Positions 23,479 to 38,238 of a DNA stretch of 64,000 bases are shown here, piece after piece. The first letter of the stretch is position 1. Every line of letters begins with the position of its first letter. Made by a program: the position numbers and the translations under genes. Below the pieces are notes generated by a model. It did not search any database. It worked only from the letters and a program-made list of their open reading frames with translations, and was not told the DNA's origin. Source of the stretch: Dictyostelium discoideum (Eukaryota); assembly GCA_000004695.1 (NCBI GenBank), contig CM000150.2, forward strand, positions 416,001 through 480,000. The letters run 5' to 3'.

Positions 23479-24790
23479 ATTAATTTAATTTTAGGTATCA
23501 ATTAGATCAGGTGGTCATTCAGCAACACAATTTTCAATGTTAAATAAAACTGTTAATATTGATTTAAGTTCATTAAAAGGTATTGAAATTGATGTTGAAG
23601 CTCAAACTGTTGTTGTACAAGCTGGTGTACAAGTTATTGAATTATATAATGCCACAACTAAATTATTATTGGCAACAACTGCTGGTAGTTGTCCAACTGT
23701 TGGTATGGGTGTTGTATTAGGTGGTGGATCAAATTACTTTGGTGGTAAATATGGTTATATGGCTGATAACATATTAGAATTCACCGTTGTACTTGAAGAT
23801 GGTTCAATTGTTAAAGCCAATCCAAAGAATAAATATAGTGATCTCTATTGGGCATTGGCTGGTTCTGGTGGTGGTGGTTTTGGTGTTGTTGTAGATTACA
23901 AAATTAAAGTTTACCCAATTCCGCAATATTTTTACAAGAATACCATTCGTTTCGATATTGTCAATTTAGATAAAGCTCTCGCCTTATTGGATTCTTATGT
24001 ACGTTCTGCCACTGAACAAACTCGTGAAAATATCTATGTCAATATGTACTCTCAATTAACTTTGAAATCCGCAAATATGACTCCATCCGCTAGTATTACA
24101 TTCTTTTACAATGGTCCACTTGAAGAGGGTGATTTCGAATTCAGAAAATTGTTAGCCGATTTCCTTTGTCCACCATCAAATCCAACCTGTACACCATTGG
24201 GTAGAGTCACCACCATGGATATCCAAACTTTAAAGAAAACATTCTGGGAAGTCATTAGCTCAATGAGTTATGATAATAATCCATTAAGACAATTCACCAA
24301 AGGTAGATTCGTTAAGAAATTATCTAAAAACGATGTACCAAATGCTATCAACGATTTCTATAAATATGCCGTCACCAATATCATCAATTCAACCTCTTTA
24401 ATTAAACCAGAAACATTGTTAAATATTAATCAAGCTATTTTCTATCATGGTGGTAAACAAAATCAAGATAGAACTGGTTCAATCGATTCTCCATTCAATT
24501 CTTTCCTTCACAGAGGTGATGAAGCTATGTGGTCATACACTATTGTCGCTCAATATAATAACACTGAAAATGATCCATTATTCTCTGGTCTTAGAAAACT
24601 TGTAAACTCTAAACTCTCTTCAATTGGTGATAAATTAAATAATAACTATCCAGATGATGAATTTGAAGATTGGCAAACCGGACTCTATGTCACCAAATCA
24701 AATTATAAAAAACTTCAAGAAATTAAAGGAAAATATGATCCAAATAATTATTTTAATTATCCACAATCAATTGAATTACCAAAGAAATAA
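23137..24790 (+). CDS. FAD-linked oxidoreductase of the berberine-bridge-enzyme / vanillyl-alcohol-oxidase type (FAD_binding_4 + BBE-like C-terminus), secreted. Two exons: 23137..23355 and 23495..24790.
   Basis: Signal peptide MKLNNILLFLSFVLITINQ. Exon 1 ends '...AQSINRG' at GTAAGT (23356). Acceptor TTAG|GTATCA at 23494/23495. Exon 2 begins 'VSIRSGGHSATQFS...', the FAD-binding 'R-S-G-G-H' motif. It goes on with '...GSCPTVGMGVVLGGGSNYFGGKYGYMADNILEFTVVLEDGSIVKA...DLYWALAGSGGGGFGVVVDYKIKVYP', typical of this family. The C-terminal 'KYDPNNYFNYPQSI' resembles the BBE domain. Confidence 0.85.
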
Positions 24791-25559
24791 ATAAATTTAA
24801 TAATTAAATTAAACAATTAAAATAATACTTTTATTAAATAATAATTAATTTTTTTTTTTTTCTAAACACTTTTTCCATTTTTTTTTTTTTATATTTTTTT
24901 TATATTTTTTTTTATTTTATTTTAATTTTTTTCTAAAGATAAAATTTTAACATTTTAAATAAGAGTTGAATCAAAACAGCAAGAAGAGGTGTATTCAGAG
25001 GTCAATTTTGGTTTTATATATACATGTTTAAACTTTATTTTATTGTTTTAAAGTTGTGGTGTTGAGTATTGTACTATTTGTATTTTGTATGAGAAGAAAG
25101 TCTATGTTTTTTGATGAGTGCACGAGTTAATTTTGTTAAATCTTTTAATTTTTTACATAGTTCTGCTGTTTTTAAATTTGCTAGTTTATCTTTATCATTG
25201 CCACTCTCTAAATTTTGTATATTTTTCATTCCAATAAATGTATTATGTATAATACTATCTTGACCAATTTTAATAAACAAAGAACAGAAATATTTTGAAT
25301 GAAAAAAAAATAAAAAAAAATAAAAAAAAGGTGGAGTTACAACTTTTACCCAAAATAAATAAAAAAATAAAAAAGAAAAAAGATCAGATTTTTCTAGTGA
25401 TCATTTTTTTTTTTTTTTTGGAAAAATAAATAAATAAAAAAAATAATAAAAATAAAACAAAATTAGAAAATTTTATAAAAAAACAGTTATTTGTTTTTAA
25501 AACACAAACAAATATTTTTTATTTTTTTATTTTTTTAAAAAATAATGTCGTTAAATTAT

Positions 25560-26750
25560 TAATAAAAAAAAAAAAAAAAAGATTCCTGCACAACACATCA
25601 TATGAAAATAAAAGCGAATCCACCAATTCTCCTTGAAATTTTGAAGGGTAATAATGATCAAATGCTCCATCAAATACTCTATAAATTTTGATCAAAATTA
25701 CCACCAACTGCAGGTGAACATTTACAACTTAAAATATCATTAGTATCACAAAGTGTATCTTTGACAAAGTGTAAAAATATCTTTTAAATCATTTGAGTTA
25801 AAAGGTGGTGGCAATTATCAGAATCTCCCTCTGTGATATCAATTGGATTGAAAGTACTATTGTCTTTGAGAGATTTTCTCTTCAATGGTACCAACTGTTG
25901 TAAAGGTAAGATAAATTGTTGATACAACAATTTTTAGTTGACCTTCTGTCCAAACACAAGAGACACATAGATTGAACATCATGTGCTGGATTTCAATCTA
26001 CATCGAATAAAACCAAATGATTACCACCACCACCACCACCAATAAGATTCGTCAAACCAACACCTCACCTGCTTTTGATATAAGAAGAAATACAAACTCT
26101 GGTTAAGAGTTGGATCATTATAAATTTTAACAAATTGTTGACGTTTAGCATACTTGGTGTTGAACCATCCAATTGAAAGTATTCATAACCACGAGTTTTA
26201 TATACTTGAGTAAATAATTTGAAATGACAATTACAGTTTAGTCACCAGACTTTGAGTTTTCCAATATTTGCAAGTACAAATGATAACTTACTGGAATATT
26301 GTGGTTGCGATTGGTGAAAGTACAAAAACAGGTAGAACCAATATAATTTTATTTATACCATCACCCTTTCTTTAAAGTTCTTGACCCGAATTAACAAACC
26401 TACATGGTGCAACGATTACAACTTTTTCTTTGCAGTTGTGATTCACCTTTTGTACTTTTGAGAGTGTTGAGAGATTTGATTTCTTTCAATCTTTGTTAGG
26501 AGCTAATGTTATATAATGAGTGGAAGGGTATACAACTCCAACTCCATATGGTGTGTGGTTTTACTGATACCTTATAGTTTACTACCACTACTATTGGTTG
26601 GGGGTGGATTCTTGAAAATCTCGGGAATAATTTCAATTTACTCTAACCATTTTGATGAGAAGTGGATTAACATTATATGATGTAGTTGTTTGAATAAATT
26701 ATTGAACTTGGTTGGTTCTTCAATATATCTTGTTATATGACTCATTTTTA
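25560..26750 (-). pseudogene. Decayed fragment of an SNF2-family helicase gene (region spanning the helicase-C motifs) with multiple stops and frameshifts
   Basis: The minus-strand translation, switching between frames, gives '...SSKLSFVLANIGKLKVW*LNCNCHFKLFTQVYKTRGYEYFQLDGST...', then 'AKRQQFVKIYNDPTLNQSLYFFL...' in another frame, then '...DVD*NPAHDVQSM...RRSTKNCCINNLSYLYNSWYH*REN'. This parallels the SNF2 helicase-C consensus, seen here in the 48992-58183 gene as '...[32 protein letters not shown]...[42 protein letters not shown]...[41 protein letters not shown]'. The region is about 38-40% G+C throughout, has stops in all frames and no long ORF. Confidence 0.6.
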
Positions 26751-26778
26751 ATTTATTTTAAAAATTATTATTTATTAT

Positions 26779-26814
<36 letters not shown>

Positions 26815-27098
26815 CAACAGTTTATATTTAAGTTTGTTATACAAAAAATTAAAAAAATAAAAAAATAAAAGATTATTTTATTATTTATTTTTTGGAATGG
26901 AAAAGAAATTAAAAAAAAAAACCCCCTTTTTTTTTCCAAAAGTGGAAAAAGGTTGAACAACACTAAAAATAAAAACCAAAAATAAAATAACAAAAAAAAT
27001 AAAAATAAAACGAATATAGAGTTTAATTTACTAAATTTATCTAATTCTAAATTCTAAATTTTTATCAAACCAGTACAACTCAATTTCAATAAAATTGT

Positions 27099-27134
<36 letters not shown>

Positions 27135-27333
27135 TATAACATATCTTAACTCCCATATACTGTTTCCGTATCTTGTTGACAATTTAATTGAATCTCTTAA
27201 AAAATGAAAAATAAAAAAATAAAAATAAAATTAAAAATAAAAAAAAAAAATAAAAAAAATATCTTGTTGGATTTTTTCAACTGACAAAAAAATAATTTTC
27301 GTTTGCTCTTTCAAAATTCTTTTTTTTTTTTTA

Positions 27334-27374
<41 letters not shown>

Positions 27375-27513
27375 TTTTGTTCAACAATCGTAAAAAAAAT
27401 TTAATTGTATCTTTTTATTCATTTTATCCATTAAAAATAAAAAAATAAAAAAAAAAATAAATTCACTTTTATTTTTTTATTTTTTTTATTTTTAAAAAAA
27501 AAGAAAAAGAAAA

Positions 27514-27865
27514 ATGTCAACAACATCAATGATATTAACTAAAAAAAATATAATAATATTATCAATTATAATTATAACAATAATTGCATATCAATTTTAT
27601 ATAACATCACCACAATCATTCCCATCATCAAATACAATCACAAATACAATAAATACATCTGGTAAAGGATTAGATTATACAGAATTATTAAATTTACAAA
27701 AAGATTTAAAAGCGCAACAAACTGAAATTAGAAAACAATTAGAACAATTAAAATATTCAATTAATGATATAAATCAAAATCAAAATGAAAATCAAAATCA
27801 AATTAACAATGAATATAATAATAATAAATTAAATGATGAACAAGAAAATAATAATAATAATAATT

Positions 27866-27896
<31 letters not shown>

Positions 27897-28929
27897 ATTA
27901 ATAAATTATAAAGAAAGAATTAAAAAGAAATCAAAAGAACAACCAAATACATGTATACCAGTTGAAGGTAAATTATTATGTTTACCAAATTTTATAGTTA
28001 TTGGTACAATGAAGAGTGGTACAACATTTTTAGATTATTATTTACAAAAGCATCCACAAATCGCTCATCATAGTAAGAAAGAGATTTGGTATTTCAATAG
28101 TTATTATGCAAATGGTATTGAATGGTATGCAAAACATTTTGAACAATATACAAGTTTAGAGAATCAGAAATTAATTGGTGAAGCAACACCATTCTATATT
28201 AATAATCCAAATACTGCACCACGTTTATTTACAACCCTAAAGAATGCCAAATTGATTCTACTATTGAGAGACCCAGTGGAACGTTCCTTATCACAATACC
28301 ATTTCTCAATTCAATGGTTAAAAAGAAACAAGTCACCACCATTGGAATACTCTTTTGAGCATTTAATCCATGAAGAAGCTGACGTAATTGAAACTTGTAT
28401 ACGTGGTCATGAGAGATATAAAGAAGCATTTAAACAAAGAAAAGAAATTGAAAAGAATGGCGGTGGTGGTTTACTAAATGATAATACTAGTGGTGAAGAA
28501 TTCAATTTGGTTGATCCTTTTTACACTTTACATTCTGAAAAGAATTGGACATTCTATAAAGATTGTATTAGATGTGATAAATGTTTCCAAATTGGTTCAA
28601 TTCTTCATACAAGTGGTCATCCAACTTTTGGTATGTTAGCAAAATCACTCTATTTTGAGCAATTGGATTATTGGTTAAACTTTTTCCCATTGGAACAAAT
28701 TCATATCATTAGATATGAAGATATCTCTTCACAACCTGAATCAGTTTTAAGTGAATTAGAAGATTTCTTAGATATTAATCATATTGATTATGGTGAATTT
28801 AAACCAAGAAATGTTGTACAACATGATCCAATGAATCAAGAAATTAAATCATATTTAATTAATTATTTTAAACAAAGTAATGAAAAACTTTATAATTTAT
28901 TAAATAGAGATTTTAAATGGCAAAATTAA
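27514..28929 (+). CDS. Type-II membrane sulfotransferase (471 aa) with PAPS-binding 5'-PSB and 3'-PB motifs of the heparan-sulfate sulfotransferase (HS3ST/NDST sulfotransferase-domain) type
   Basis: Single ORF. N-terminal TM anchor (IIILSIIIITIIAYQFYI). A coiled/poly-Asn stem. Then 'CLPNFIVIGTMKSGTTFLDYYL' (5'-PSB, K-S-G-T-T) and 'LLLRDPVERSLSQYHF' (3'-PB, R-D-P-x-x-R-x-x-S). Confidence 0.8.
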
Positions 28930-29091
28930 AAAAATTAAAAAAAAAAAAATTAAATAAAAAAAAAAAAAAAATTAAAATTTATAATTAATACATTTTTTAA
29001 AGGTAGAATTTAAATTTCTATTTTTAATACATTTTTTTTATTTTTTTTTATTTATATTAATAATACATTTTTATTTTTTTTTTTTTTATTT

Positions 29092-29260
29092 TTATTTAAA
29101 TTTTTTTAAATTTAAAATTAAATTATTTGAAATTGATTTTAAAATTGTTAAATTTAAATTTTTGTTAAAATTATTTAAATTATTTGAAAATGTTGAAAAT
29201 CTTTGAAATAAAATATTATTTAAATTTTTATTTTTAATAATATTTAAATTATTTAAAAAA

Positions 29261-29291
<31 letters not shown>

Positions 29292-30321
29292 TATTATTAT
29301 TATTATTATTAAAATTTATATCTTTAATTGATTCTTTAAAAACTCTTTTTGTATATTCATCATTATTTGTTAATTCATTTTTTTTTAAAATTTTTTGATT
29401 TAAAAATTCTGGTCTACTATTATTTGATTTTAAATTATAATTAAAAAAATTTTGAGTAACTTTATTAAATTGTAAAACATCTTCCAATTGTAAAGAGTGA
29501 CCTGAATTTTCACAAATATAAATTAAATTTGGTTGAATAATATCATAGGTTTTAATAACTCTTTTACAATCAATGAATTTATCATGTGTACCGAAAAACA
29601 TTACAATTGGAAATGGTCTATTTAAAACTTTTTCTTTAATTTTATTATAAGGTTTAATTTTATATTTTATCATTGCAAACATTGTTGAAATTATTATTGA
29701 GGGGGAGATTGTTTTTCTCTCATTATACATTTTCGAGAGTAATGGTAGTATGAATTCCCTGTTATTTCCATACTGTTTAATTCTAGATGGTGAATTTAAA
29801 AATGATTGGGAATATAATAAATCAATTAAATAATTTGATGGGTCGACTTTATTCTTTTTTGCAATGTAGTCTATGAGGTATAATTGTTGAGCACCTTTTT
29901 GAAATAGGAATCCGTAGTTTATATTGGGTGGGAATGATACTAAATTGAGGGTTTTTATAATTGATGGTGCCATTAGGGATAGCTCATATGCGATACTTGA
30001 TCCCATGGATACACCAACTATATTAACTTTTTCCCATTTTAAATGCTCAATTAATTCATTGGCATCTGATGCAAAATCATTTATACTACTTACACCATTA
30101 AATTCAGATTCACCAACACCAACATGATCATAAATACAAATTGAATATTTATTTGGATTATTTTCTAAAAAATATTTTATTGTTGATAACCAATATTTAC
30201 CACCTAATAATAATCCCATTATAAATAAACATTTCTCTTCACCATCTCCAAAAACTTTATAATTCATTTTAAATGGTTGATTTCTATTTTTAACATTTAT
30301 AAAAATATTTGAATTTTCCAT
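29092..30321 (-). CDS. Alpha/beta-hydrolase fold protein (409 aa) with a GxSxG nucleophile elbow and an Asn-rich C-terminal tail
   Basis: Single ORF. '...KVNIVGVSMGSSIAYELS...' is the G-V-S-M-G nucleophile motif. A downstream 'ENSGHSLQLED' supplies the catalytic His region. Low-complexity N/K-rich C-terminus. Confidence 0.75.
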
Positions 30322-30397
30322 TATTAAAATTTTTTTAATTATTGTTATTTTATTATTAATATTTAATTAAAAATCTTTGATTAAATTTTTTTTTTTT

Positions 30398-30441
<44 letters not shown>

Positions 30442-31318
30442 TTTAAAAAAATAAAATAAAAAAAAAAAAAAAAAAAAAAAAAGTCAAAGATTTAATAATT
30501 TAATTAAAATTTTTTTTTTTTTTTTTTTTTTTATTTTTGTAAACCATGTTATATTAATACCTAGTAAAATTTATAAAAAAAAAAAAAAAAACACTACCCC
30601 ATTTTTTATGTTTTTTATCTGTTGATTAACCTTATTTATTTATTTTTTTAATGATTTTATTAGGGGGGTAAGGGTATATGTTTTGATTTAATTTTAAAAT
30701 AATAATTTTTTTTTTTTTTTATTAAAAATATAAAAAAAAACCACACTCATTTTAATTCCAAGTTTAAAAATAATTTTCAAAAAATGGAAATTGTTAAAAG
30801 ATAGATTTTTTAAAAATCATAATTTCAATATATAATTTTTTTAATCTTTTATTTTTACTACTATTTATTTTATTGTATTAATGTAGGGTTAATTAAACAT
30901 TTTATACAATAAATTTTTTTTTATTTTTTTACCCTTTTTTTTTTTTTTTTTTTTTTTTTTATTTTAATTTTTTTTCTTAAATAAATTATTAGAAAATTGT
31001 TTTTTTTTTTTTATTTTTTTATTTTTTTATTTTTGATATTTAAATTTACATTATTATTAGATTATTTTTTTTTTAATTATTATTATTTTTATTTTAGTAA
31101 TTTTATTTAATTTTATTTTTTTAAAAACAAAATTTAAATGATAAAGAAGCATTTAAAAATCAAATTTTTTTTTTTTATTTAAATTATTTTAATGATTAAT
31201 TTAAAATTATCAATTTAAATTAATAATAATTAAATATTTTATTTTATTTAAAATAAAACAATGAAAATATATTTTTGGAAATTAAAATTTTTTTTTTATT
31301 TTTTTTTATTTTTTTTAT

Positions 31319-32059
31319 TTATTCATGAGTTTGAACTGAATGATAACCATCATGATGGTGAAGATGATGATGATGATGACCATTACAACAAAGTAAAGCT
31401 AAATAACTCAAGATTAAAAATGCAGTACCTAGACAAGTGCAAACCATATTAGAAATATTAATTAAAAATAATATTGAGTGAACATTATTTAAATTTGTAA
31501 TATCGGATAAAATTGTAGCAAAAGCAACCAACACTTGAAATTAAAACTAATAACATTGAAAGTTTTGAATGACGGAATAATTTTTCACTTAATTCACTTT
31601 CATGATGTTTATGATAAATTGCGAAAGCAATTTGAGCAACAAAGTAAATTATTGGGAGTACACCTATAACTATTAATAAAAATACAACAAAATGTGATGT
31701 ATTTGTTAAAGCTGATACATTATTATTACCGGTAACATTACCACAATTTCCATTTAATTTAATAAATGAATAAGAGCAACTTTCAATTAAAACTGAATCT
31801 GTATTATTAATTGTATCTTGTCTAAAAATGGAAACATGATAAATAATAATGATGTGTTGTATCTGAAACATTATAATCATTAATTAAATAATGTCCAAAT
31901 GATTTATCAGCAGTTACTAAATTTATTATAAAAAAAATTTGAAATGTTAAATAATTTTTTTTTTTATATTTTTATATATTTTTTTTTTTTTAAAAAATTA
32001 AAAACTTACACCCATAAAATGCTGGAACAGTTGCAGCAATAAAACAAATCATTAAACAT
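31319..32059 (-). CDS. Small multi-pass membrane protein with a His-rich C-terminus (…CCNGHHHHHLHHHDGYHSVQTHE*); possible metal-binding or metal-transport protein. Model: exon1 32012..32059, exon2 31589..31862, exon3 31319..31533 (about 178 aa).
   Basis: ATG at 32059-32057 gives 'MFNDLFYCCNCSSILW', ending at donor GTGTAAGT (32011). Acceptor TTTCAG| at 31863 opens exon 2 'IQHIIIIYHVSIFRQDT...VVFLLIVIGVLPIIYFVAQIAFAIYHKHHESEL'. The downstream frame (31319-31533, with the TM segment TCLGTAFLILSYLALLCC) is reached either by a 55-nt GTGAAA...TTTCAAG intron, which recreates an ATG codon across the junction, or by a frameshift. Confidence 0.45.
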
Positions 32060-32541
32060 ATTAAATAATATGTTTAATACAATGGCCCATTTTCCTTAAA
32101 AAATTAAATTTATCAACTTTTTTAAAAAAGTTACTTTTTTTTGAGTGTAGTTAAAAGATTTTTTTGAGCATGAAAAGAAAAAAAAAAAAAAAAAAAAAAA
32201 ATAGGCTATCTATTTATATATTTTTTTTTTTTTTTTTTTATTATTTTTATTTATTTTTTTTTTTTTTTTTATTTTCTTAAACCGGTTTTTATTCACCCAA
32301 AATTATTTTTAATGACCTTATATTTTTTTTATTTTTTTTAGAAATAAATTTGAGTTTCCACATTTAAAATTGTCTGTTAAAAGAAGTAGAGAATTAGGAA
32401 AATTAAAATGACAATAAACAAAAACTATTGACCTTATTTTTTCATTCTTTTGAATTTTTTTTTTCTATTTCCTACTAAACCAGAATTAAAATGCTTAACC
32501 TAAAAAACCTATTTTGTTAAAAAAAATAATTTTTATCCAAA

Positions 32542-32614
32542 GCCCAGATAGCTCAGTCGGTAAAGCGCAAGGCTTTTAACCTTGTGGTCGGGGGTTCGAG
32601 CCCCCCTTCTAAAG
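32542..32614 (+). tRNA. tRNA-Lys(UUU)-like sequence with a non-pairing acceptor stem (possible tRNA pseudogene or truncated tRNA gene)
   Basis: 'GCCCAGA TA GCTC AGTCGGTA AAGC G CAAGG CTTTTAA CCTTG TGGTC GGGGG TTCGAGC CCCCC TTCTAAA G' has a near-canonical D-arm, a perfect 5-bp anticodon stem, a 7-nt loop with anticodon UUU, a 5-nt variable loop and a perfect T-arm (GGGGG/TTCGAGC/CCCCC). The 3' acceptor half 'TTCTAAA' is not complementary to 5' 'GCCCAGA': only 1-2 of 7 positions can pair. Confidence 0.5.
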
Positions 32615-32891
32615 AAAAAAAAAATTTCCAAAGTCAAAGAGGAGTTAAAACATTTCCAAAGTCAAAGAGGCTTCTAATGATATATTTCTATTGGGAAATG
32701 TAAAAAAACTACTTTGACAATTTGTTTAAAAAATTTTTTCAAATTTGAAAAATAAAAATAAAAACTGAAATCGGTTAAATTTTAAAGATTTTTTTTATTA
32801 ACTGAAAAAAGTAAATTTTTTTTTTTTTTTTTTCTAAACAATTTTTTCTGAAAACTTTTTTTTTTTTTTTTTTTTTCTTTTATTCTACAAA

Positions 32892-35792
<2,901 letters not shown>

Positions 35793-35879
35793 AAAAAAAA
35801 TATAAAATAAAATAAAATAAAATAAAATAAAATAAAATAAATAAATAAATAAAAATTTAAAATTATTTTTAAGGGTGTA

Positions 35880-35919
<40 letters not shown>

Positions 35920-35923
35920 TTAT

Positions 35924-35954
<31 letters not shown>

Positions 35955-35991
35955 AATTATTTTTATTATTATTTATTATTATTATAATTAT

Positions 35992-36254
35992 TTAATTGAC
36001 TAATTCATTTACAATCTGAGATTGAGAAGCTAATGTTGCTAAAGATTCGAGTTTAAAAAAGTCAAATGAGGTCGCTTTTAATTTTTCAATTGAAGATTGA
36101 TGTGGTGAAGAAATTGGAGAAGACATTGGTGATGTATTTGATTGGTTATTATTATGATTTTTAAAATTTGATAAGATTTGTTTGTTATTTTTTAATTTTG
36201 GTAACATGTCGTCATCACTACTATTATCACTATTATATGATAAAGTATTGTTAC

Positions 36255-36303
<49 letters not shown>

Positions 36304-36765
36304 GTTATTGTTATTATTATTGTTATTATTATTATTATTTAATTTATTTTTAATTGGTTGATAATAAAATTCACCATTACTTCTAACTTTTTTCATTACT
36401 GGTTCATTACAACCATTATCTTCAACTTTTATATTATCATTATCGTTATTATTATTATTATTATTATTTTCACTATCTATTATATTATTTATACTGAAAG
36501 CACTATTTGTTGAACTTGATGGTGATGGTCTTGATGGTGTTGATACAATTGTAGATTTAAAAGTTTTAATTGATGGTGATGGAGATGGTTGTCTAATACT
36601 ATTATTACAAGATGGTGATGATAATGTTGATGATGGTAGCGTTAATGATGTTGGTGGTGTTAATGGTGGTGATGATGGAATTGGTGATGATGTTGGACTA
36701 GTTAATCCTGTAACAACTGGTTTATGTGGTAATGGTCTAAATATATTTGGTGGTGTATTATTTGA

Positions 36766-36839
<74 letters not shown>

Positions 36840-37173
36840 CTTCACAACCTTCAAATGATGGTGATGATGTATTTGAATCAATAATACTACTTAATGGTGA
36901 TAAATTATGTGATTTATTGTTATTATTACTATTACTATTATTATTATTCATTTGATACATATTATTATTATTATTATTATTGATATTATTATTATTATTG
37001 TTGTTATTGTTATAATGATTATTATTATTATTATTATTCATTTGATTATAATGATTATTATAATGATTATGATTATTATTGTTATTATTATTTTGGTTAT
37101 TATGATTATTATTATAATTATTATTAATATTATTATTATTATTATTATAATTGTTATTATAATTATTATTCAT

Positions 37174-37235
<62 letters not shown>

Positions 37236-38102
37236 GATATTGTAATTGTTGATTAAAAGTATTTGCAGAAGAGGAATTTAAACTTGAAACATTTGATTGA
37301 TTTAGAGGTGGTAAAATTGAACCACCTTTACCAGTTAATTGAAGGTAACGAGTTTTACATTCTAAAGCGGTTCTAAGAGTATTTGTATGTTTTAATTTTG
37401 CTAAATATTCAGATACTTCTAACCAAGATAAATTTTCACCCATTTCATCAACTTTTTTAACCAAAACTTCATCTTCCTTTGGTACCCATGCGACTTCTCT
37501 TGATTGAAGTGATTTCAAATATTGATAACGACATTGAATATCAGTACGTTTACAAATTCTTTTAGCGATTTTTTTCCAACTTGAACCATGTTGATTAACC
37601 AATCTCAATAATAATTCTTCTTCATCTTCATCCCATGGTCCTTTTCTAATATCTGGTGATAAAACACGTTTCCAATGTTGAGCACATTGTGCTCCTGTTT
37701 TTTGTCCTCCCATCTCTGCTGATATTCTTTTCCATTTCTTTTCACCATAAATACTAACTAATTGAAAAAGTTTTTGATCTTCTTCTTCTGTCCATTTATT
37801 TGGTGATCTTCTAATACCATTTTGAATTTGACCTCTTCCTCTCTTTTTTTTTAAAAAAAAAAAATAAAAAAATAAAAAATAAAAAAATAAAAAAAATTAA
37901 TAAATGTTGGAAAATTTTATTTTCAAAAAAAATATATACTTACTTTTGATGGTGATGGAACATCATCTTTTGGTGATAAGTCATATTCATTATCTGAAAA
38001 TTCATCATCCATTAATGAAGGATCATTATAGATTCTATCAGAATTAAATTGTGGAGATATATTATATTTTGAAATATTATTCATTATCAAAGACTCTGTC
38101 AT
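35992..38102 (-). CDS. Myb-domain transcription-factor-like protein with three tandem Myb/SANT repeats followed by poly-Gln/poly-Asn and Ser/Pro/Thr-rich regions. Two exons: 37944..38102 and 35992..37842.
   Basis: Exon 1 is ATG(38102)..'MTESLIMNNISKYNISPQFNSDRIYNDPSLMDDEFSDNEYDLSPKDDVPSPSK', ending at donor GTAAGT (37943). Acceptor AAAAAG| at 37843; exon 2 starts in phase 0 with 'RGRGQIQNGIRRSPNKWTEEEDQKLFQLVSIYGEKKWKRISAEMGGQKTGAQCAQHWKRVLSPDIRKGPWDEDEEELLLRLVNQHGSSWKKIAKRICKRTDIQCRYQYLKSL...AWVPKEDEVLVKKVDEMGENLSWLEVSEYLAKLKHTNTLRTALECKTRYLQL'. These are canonical W-x(19)-W-x(19)-W style Myb repeats. Confidence 0.75.
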
Positions 38103-38200
38103 TTTTTTTTTTTATTATTTATATATATATATACGTTTATAATTTATATGAAAGAGTTTGATTTATATTTTATTATATTATATATCGTTTATGGATTATT

Positions 38201-38238
<38 letters not shown>

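Noticed and set aside
25074-25280. 68-codon basic ORF on the minus strand (MFIKIGQDSIIHNTFIGMKN...KKHRLSSHTKYK)
   Set aside because: Too short and featureless to call without transcript evidence. It lies next to the SNF2 pseudogene block and could be part of the same decayed locus.
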